The notes under the pieces are model-generated. The model searched no databases. It was not told where the DNA came from and worked only from the letters and a program-made list of their open reading frames with translations. From positions 3,552,001 to 3,616,000 of the forward strand of contig OZ244048.1 of the NCBI GenBank assembly GCA_965215265.1: 64,000 nucleotides of DNA. The letters run 5' to 3'. Each line of letters opens with the position of its first letter. Positions within the stretch are counted from its first letter, which is position 1. Shown here piece after piece: positions 60,017 to 64,000 of this stretch. Source of the stretch: Candidatus Poribacteria bacterium. Lineage in GTDB: Bacteria > Poribacteria > WGA-4E > WGA-3G. A program made the translations under genes and the position numbers.

Positions 60017-62851
60017 CTATTCAGTTGGAAGACTCAATTGTTCGTCCTGTTCCATTCCTCCCTCAATTGAGTCCCACGATGTCACGAGACTATTGAAAAG
60101 CACGGCATTATCAGAATCACCTATCCTGTCGTAATGGCTATAGAGAAGGCGCGCGAGTTGCTCTACTGACATAACAGAATCAGATATCGCGTTGTTCTTC
60201 ATGGCAAGCCCAACCTCCACAGCACCCGGCACATCTCTGCCCGCCTCATTCTTAGGGTTGAGATGGTACGCCATCAAGTGACACGCTTCCCATGTAGTCA
60301 TTTGTAACAGGGACAGCCCCGAGTTCGGATGGTTATCATCGTAAGCATCCGGGGATAGTAATCGGACCTTGCCTCTTTCTGCAATTAGCACACGCCCTTG
60401 CATTGAGGCTATTCCTATGTCGTTTGCCTTGGCCAATGTCTCCGCATCGCCATACTCACCCTCTGCGAAGCCGTGTTGCTTAAACCAGGTGAGACAAAAG
60501 CGGGTATACAGATCAAATGCCCCCTCCTGTTCTGCGTGGTATCTGTCAATTTCGTTGTTTATTTCAACCAACGCCTCACGTACCGAGACATCTACAAGAT
60601 TTCCATCTCGTGTTGTTTTGACACTTTTGTATCTGGAATAAATCTCCATGCCGGGTCCGATGGCGGCTTGTGCGAGGTCTACGGGGGCGATATGTGCCTC
60701 GTGCGTGAGTCTGTCAAGTGCAGCAGGCATCTCGTTCCTGAGTGCAGTCAGGAATCCACCGAGGCTGATGTTCTGTGCTAAGTCGGGGCGCGGGCGGCAG
60801 ACGAGAACGATAGATGAGGCTAATGCGTTTTTATGTGTCTTGAGTGCTCTTGATTGTTCCGTGCGCATCGGCCATGTAGCGACTATCTGAAAACCTACAT
60901 TGACGATTGCAGTGAGTATTGTTTCCCACCCCGTAGAGGTTCTGCCATCCTGTTCCTCCTCCAATTGTTTGTATGCGTAGAAGATGGATGCAGGAAACTC
61001 TTGAGGACAGTGTTGCCGCAGCCGGCGAAGTACTTTTTCCATCAATTTTTCAAAACGAATATGAGAGTTTTCAAAGCGAGATTTATTCACAACCATTTCT
61101 TCATCTTTGGGAGTACTCATACTCCAGAACAGTTCCGGATAGATATCCCGAAGCAGAGGTCTTAGCCAAATGTAGAAAAAATCTGATAAGTCAGCATAGC
61201 CTATATTATCGTAGTAGGGCGGGTCTGTAACGATAACAAATCCATCACAAGCATGCCTTGTGGTAGTTGCATCTGCTTGGTACACCGTGGAAGCATTCGC
61301 TGAAACCGGTAGATTCGCAACGGCCTTTGCAACTAACTCAATCTGGGACATCCAATTTTGTCTGGAATCCGAGAACGGATTTGCTTCAGGGAAATTCCAC
61401 ATCATCGGAATAAATTGGCGAGCGAAGAGTCCTACAACTCGATCACTAGAGTTGTACCAGAACGTGAAACTAGAATGTCCGTCAGCAGTCCGATCAATAG
61501 CAAAAGCAAGGTAAGTACAAACAGCATCAGCATATTTGGATTCTGCTCCGGCCTGTAAGACACGGTGACGAACTTCCGTAAGGAGATCTCCAAAAGTTGT
61601 GAGAGCGGTTAACTGTCTTTCCGTAAAAAGTTGATGCCAATCGGTGATTCCATAACCGAGGACGGCCAAATTCGCTGCTTGTCTAGACAATTTACCTCTA
61701 GGTCTTCGCGTGGGTTCGGCCGACAAGGCCATTTGGATGTGTTCTTCGGTCGGAGATAGGAATAATTTTTTGAGGCTACTCTCAGCAACTATCGCTGTCA
61801 GTATTTCTTCCATCTTGCCGATCTCCGCTTGCTGGCGAATACGTTCTAACTTGACAGGCTGTCTGCAGGCGACACAGACTGCACCATTACGGTTCACAGT
61901 ACCGTTTTCAGGAATGCCTGTATTGTGATTTTGTACCATGAAAGAGAGCGCCTTTGTCTCTTGATTCACAATTGGGCGGGTCCAGTGCTCGTTCCCTATT
62001 CTCGTGGATAATTGAAACGTTTTTATTAGCGGCATAGGGATGCGGCAAGCAGGATTGGCGCATGGCACTGTACGCGCCCAGAGCCACGCAATAACGGTGG
62101 CTTCCGTGCCGTCTGGCAACTTTGCCTTCGGGTAGAGGTGGCCGATGCGTTTGTATGCTTCCTCGCGCATCCAGCGGCCGTAGTAGCGGATGTCGGCTGC
62201 TAACCCCGCGGTGCCGCGCCACGGCACTTGTGCTCTGTTTTTGCCGCTTCCGACGAATATCCCCATCGGATCTGCGTCCGGATTAACGGGCGGTTTATCG
62301 CGGAAGGGGTGTGGCAAGTCTACCATCGCCTTGTTGATAAGCACGGCGACAGGGTTGAGATCGGAAGCAACAGCGCGGAGTCCAAGCCGTTGTGCCTCAA
62401 GCGGGATAGAACCGCCTCCACAGAAGGGATCGTAGACGGGTGGTACCTTTTCGCTTAGGTAGTGCAAGATTTCATCCGCATTCGTAGGAGCGATTTCACG
62501 GTGGGAACGCGCCACCGAACGTGCGATCTCGTGGCGTGCCTCAGCGAGGAGAACTTCGTTGTTGCTATTTTTCCATGCTACGAGTTGCTTAATAAGCTTA
62601 TGGAGCCTTTCCCGTTCCGCTTCCTGTTCTGATTCAGTTGGAAATTCCTCTGGGCATGCCGAGGGATCGTCTACCATGCTGGCGAAGATGACAGCGCGGC
62701 AGGTTGCAAGGGGCCGACGTGCCCAATACCTATGGAGAGTAGAAGGGTGTCCCTGGGTAATAGAAGCATCACGCGCAGATTCACGGTTGATGGCATCTAG
62801 TGGCAAATCGACTTCAATGAGTTTTTTTCGGTATGGAGTTGGGCTATTCAT
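60017..62851 (-). CDS. DUF1156 adenine-specific DNA methyltransferase
   Basis: KKLIEV, LHRYWARRPL, DPFCGGGSIPLEA and TDPPYYDNI. Confidence 0.92.
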   Translation of the reverse strand: MNSPTPYRKKLIEVDLPLDAINRESARDASITQGHPSTLHRYWARRPLATCRAVIFASMVDDPSACPEEFPTESEQEAERERLHKLIKQLVAWKNSNNEVLLAEARHEIARSVARSHREIAPTNADEILHYLSEKVPPVYDPFCGGGSIPLEAQRLGLRAVASDLNPVAVLINKAMVDLPHPFRDKPPVNPDADPMGIFVGSGKNRAQVPWRGTAGLAADIRYYGRWMREEAYKRIGHLYPKAKLPDGTEATVIAWLWARTVPCANPACRIPMPLIKTFQLSTRIGNEHWTRPIVNQETKALSFMVQNHNTGIPENGTVNRNGAVCVACRQPVKLERIRQQAEIGKMEEILTAIVAESSLKKLFLSPTEEHIQMALSAEPTRRPRGKLSRQAANLAVLGYGITDWHQLFTERQLTALTTFGDLLTEVRHRVLQAGAESKYADAVCTYLAFAIDRTADGHSSFTFWYNSSDRVVGLFARQFIPMMWNFPEANPFSDSRQNWMSQIELVAKAVANLPVSANASTVYQADATTTRHACDGFVIVTDPPYYDNIGYADLSDFFYIWLRPLLRDIYPELFWSMSTPKDEEMVVNKSRFENSHIRFEKLMEKVLRRLRQHCPQEFPASIFYAYKQLEEEQDGRTSTGWETILTAIVNVGFQIVATWPMRTEQSRALKTHKNALASSIVLVCRPRPDLAQNISLGGFLTALRNEMPAALDRLTHEAHIAPVDLAQAAIGPGMEIYSRYKSVKTTRDGNLVDVSVREALVEINNEIDRYHAEQEGAFDLYTRFCLTWFKQHGFAEGEYGDAETLAKANDIGIASMQGRVLIAERGKVRLLSPDAYDDNHPNSGLSLLQMTTWEACHLMAYHLNPKNEAGRDVPGAVEVGLAMKNNAISDSVMSVEQLARLLYSHYDRIGDSDNAVLFNSLVTSWDSIEGGMEQDEQLSLPTE

Positions 62852-62866
62852 TCAGGTGAGTCACCT

Positions 62867-64000
62867 CTATTCACTGCTAGTTTTCACTTCAACGTCGAGC
62901 TCAACGCTGTTCTCTTTTACAGAACGTTCAATGTTTTGAGAGAAGCCATCCGCCTTATAGGCGGTAATGGTAATTTCCACGGTGACTTCGCCGCCGTCGG
63001 TGTTGAGGGGTTCAATAATTTCTTGTCGGAGGTCGTTCATGTCGTCAAGGGAAAGCTCACCTTGGACAGTTTTCCGTGCGATAATCCGTCTGGAGCCAAC
63101 TCTCGACTTATCTTTTTCAAGGGCTGCTACTTTGGGATCCACAAGCAATCCTTCAGGTATTACGGTCTCTGGTGCTAGCGAATCCAGGGAGAGGGGTGGC
63201 TTGTGCTTTGCAATTTCAGGTTTAACGAGTAGGCCGTTCATCTCTACAGAAGGCACAGCTTGAGCGAAGCACATACCTCGGTAGGCTCGTTGTTCGCCAT
63301 CATAATCCTCCGCGTATCCGAACGTTCCGTTCTTCACCCCTTCCTTGATGCAAGTGATGAGGACAGACCTGTTTAGGAGTCTTGGCATATAGACGTAGCA
63401 CGTCATCATGTTCCACAAATCGCTAATGCTGATGTGGTTTTGGTTATCCCAGACGTATTCTTTCAAGCGTGCATCGAGTGCTTCCGGAGTTTCGTATTCA
63501 ATGAGTGCTTCTCTCGCCTTGAACGTCTTAAACGCGCTCTCAACGATGTCCCCGTTCTCCAAAATACGGGTTTGCTCAGGGGACAGAGAGAATTTGTTGC
63601 ACTGCGGGTCCTGTTGTGCTGGTGCAATTGCCCATCTGTATGTCTTGGGTATCGTCCGTCGGATTGCCTCGTCTGCCTTTCGGACTTCGGCTTGTGCCTG
63701 TTTCAATCGTTCGCCGGTGAGATTTTGGATGCGGCGTTCTCCGTGGATGATAGATTTCCATGAAAGAGAGTTGCGTACAATATTTTTCAGAGCTCGGATA
63801 CCGTCAGTTTTTGCGGTCAAAAAGAGTAACACATTTCTATGGGTGCGTTCGACATCTGCACGATGTGTGAGAATTTGTAAAGCGGTTGGTGTTGCCTCAT
63901 CGGTTTCAGAGGCTCGACTCGGTAGCGATTTATCCGGCGGCAGGATAATCAACCGGAGTTCATCTGTCTCCTGAATTGAATATAGCTCTTTGGAACAGAT
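62867..64000 (-). CDS. DUF499 ATPase-family protein, C-terminal part (5' end beyond the window)
   Basis: HRNVLLFL, YVYMPRL..VL..IKEGV..FGYA and RSVKENS; immediately upstream of DUF1156. Confidence 0.75.
   Translation of the reverse strand: MCSKELYSIQETDELRLIILPPDKSLPSRASETDEATPTALQILTHRADVERTHRNVLLFLTAKTDGIRALKNIVRNSLSWKSIIHGERRIQNLTGERLKQAQAEVRKADEAIRRTIPKTYRWAIAPAQQDPQCNKFSLSPEQTRILENGDIVESAFKTFKAREALIEYETPEALDARLKEYVWDNQNHISISDLWNMMTCYVYMPRLLNRSVLITCIKEGVKNGTFGYAEDYDGEQRAYRGMCFAQAVPSVEMNGLLVKPEIAKHKPPLSLDSLAPETVIPEGLLVDPKVAALEKDKSRVGSRRIIARKTVQGELSLDDMNDLRQEIIEPLNTDGGEVTVEITITAYKADGFSQNIERSVKENSVELDVEVKTSSE

Noticed and set aside
1-64000. tRNA or rRNA genes
   Set aside because: None recognised by eye; a tRNAscan/Infernal run would be needed to exclude them.

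Overview
Bacterial chromosomal window. The gene content suggests a Candidatus Poribacteria-like genome (inference): WD40-dockerin proteins, a C25 gingipain with a C-terminal Ig domain, paired EutN/CcmL, a PhyH dioxygenase and many Gfo/Idh/MocA enzymes. It holds a riboflavin/hisH/two-component cluster, two ECF sigma loci, thrC/lysC/recD2, two UGA-selenocysteine genes missed by the ORF track, a disrupted IS982 and the end of a DUF499-DUF1156-GIY-YIG defence locus. The most striking signal is non-coding. About 24 copies of a 60-100 bp repeat (family R1, boxes GTATATCTCCGTACCATCA and GTGTAAATCTCGTC) lie between 1.7 and 37.6 kb. Their variable end runs into the 3' end of an orphan tandem-HTH, terminase-small-subunit-like gene (5480-6202). 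They are strongly strand-polarised, stack head-to-tail, interrupt two genes and abut start codons. A second modular palindromic family (R2) nests inside R1 and inside itself, sits in frame within hisH and ribBA, and supplies the stop codons of two genes. All assignments come from reading the sequence by eye; no searches were run and repeat boundaries are approximate.
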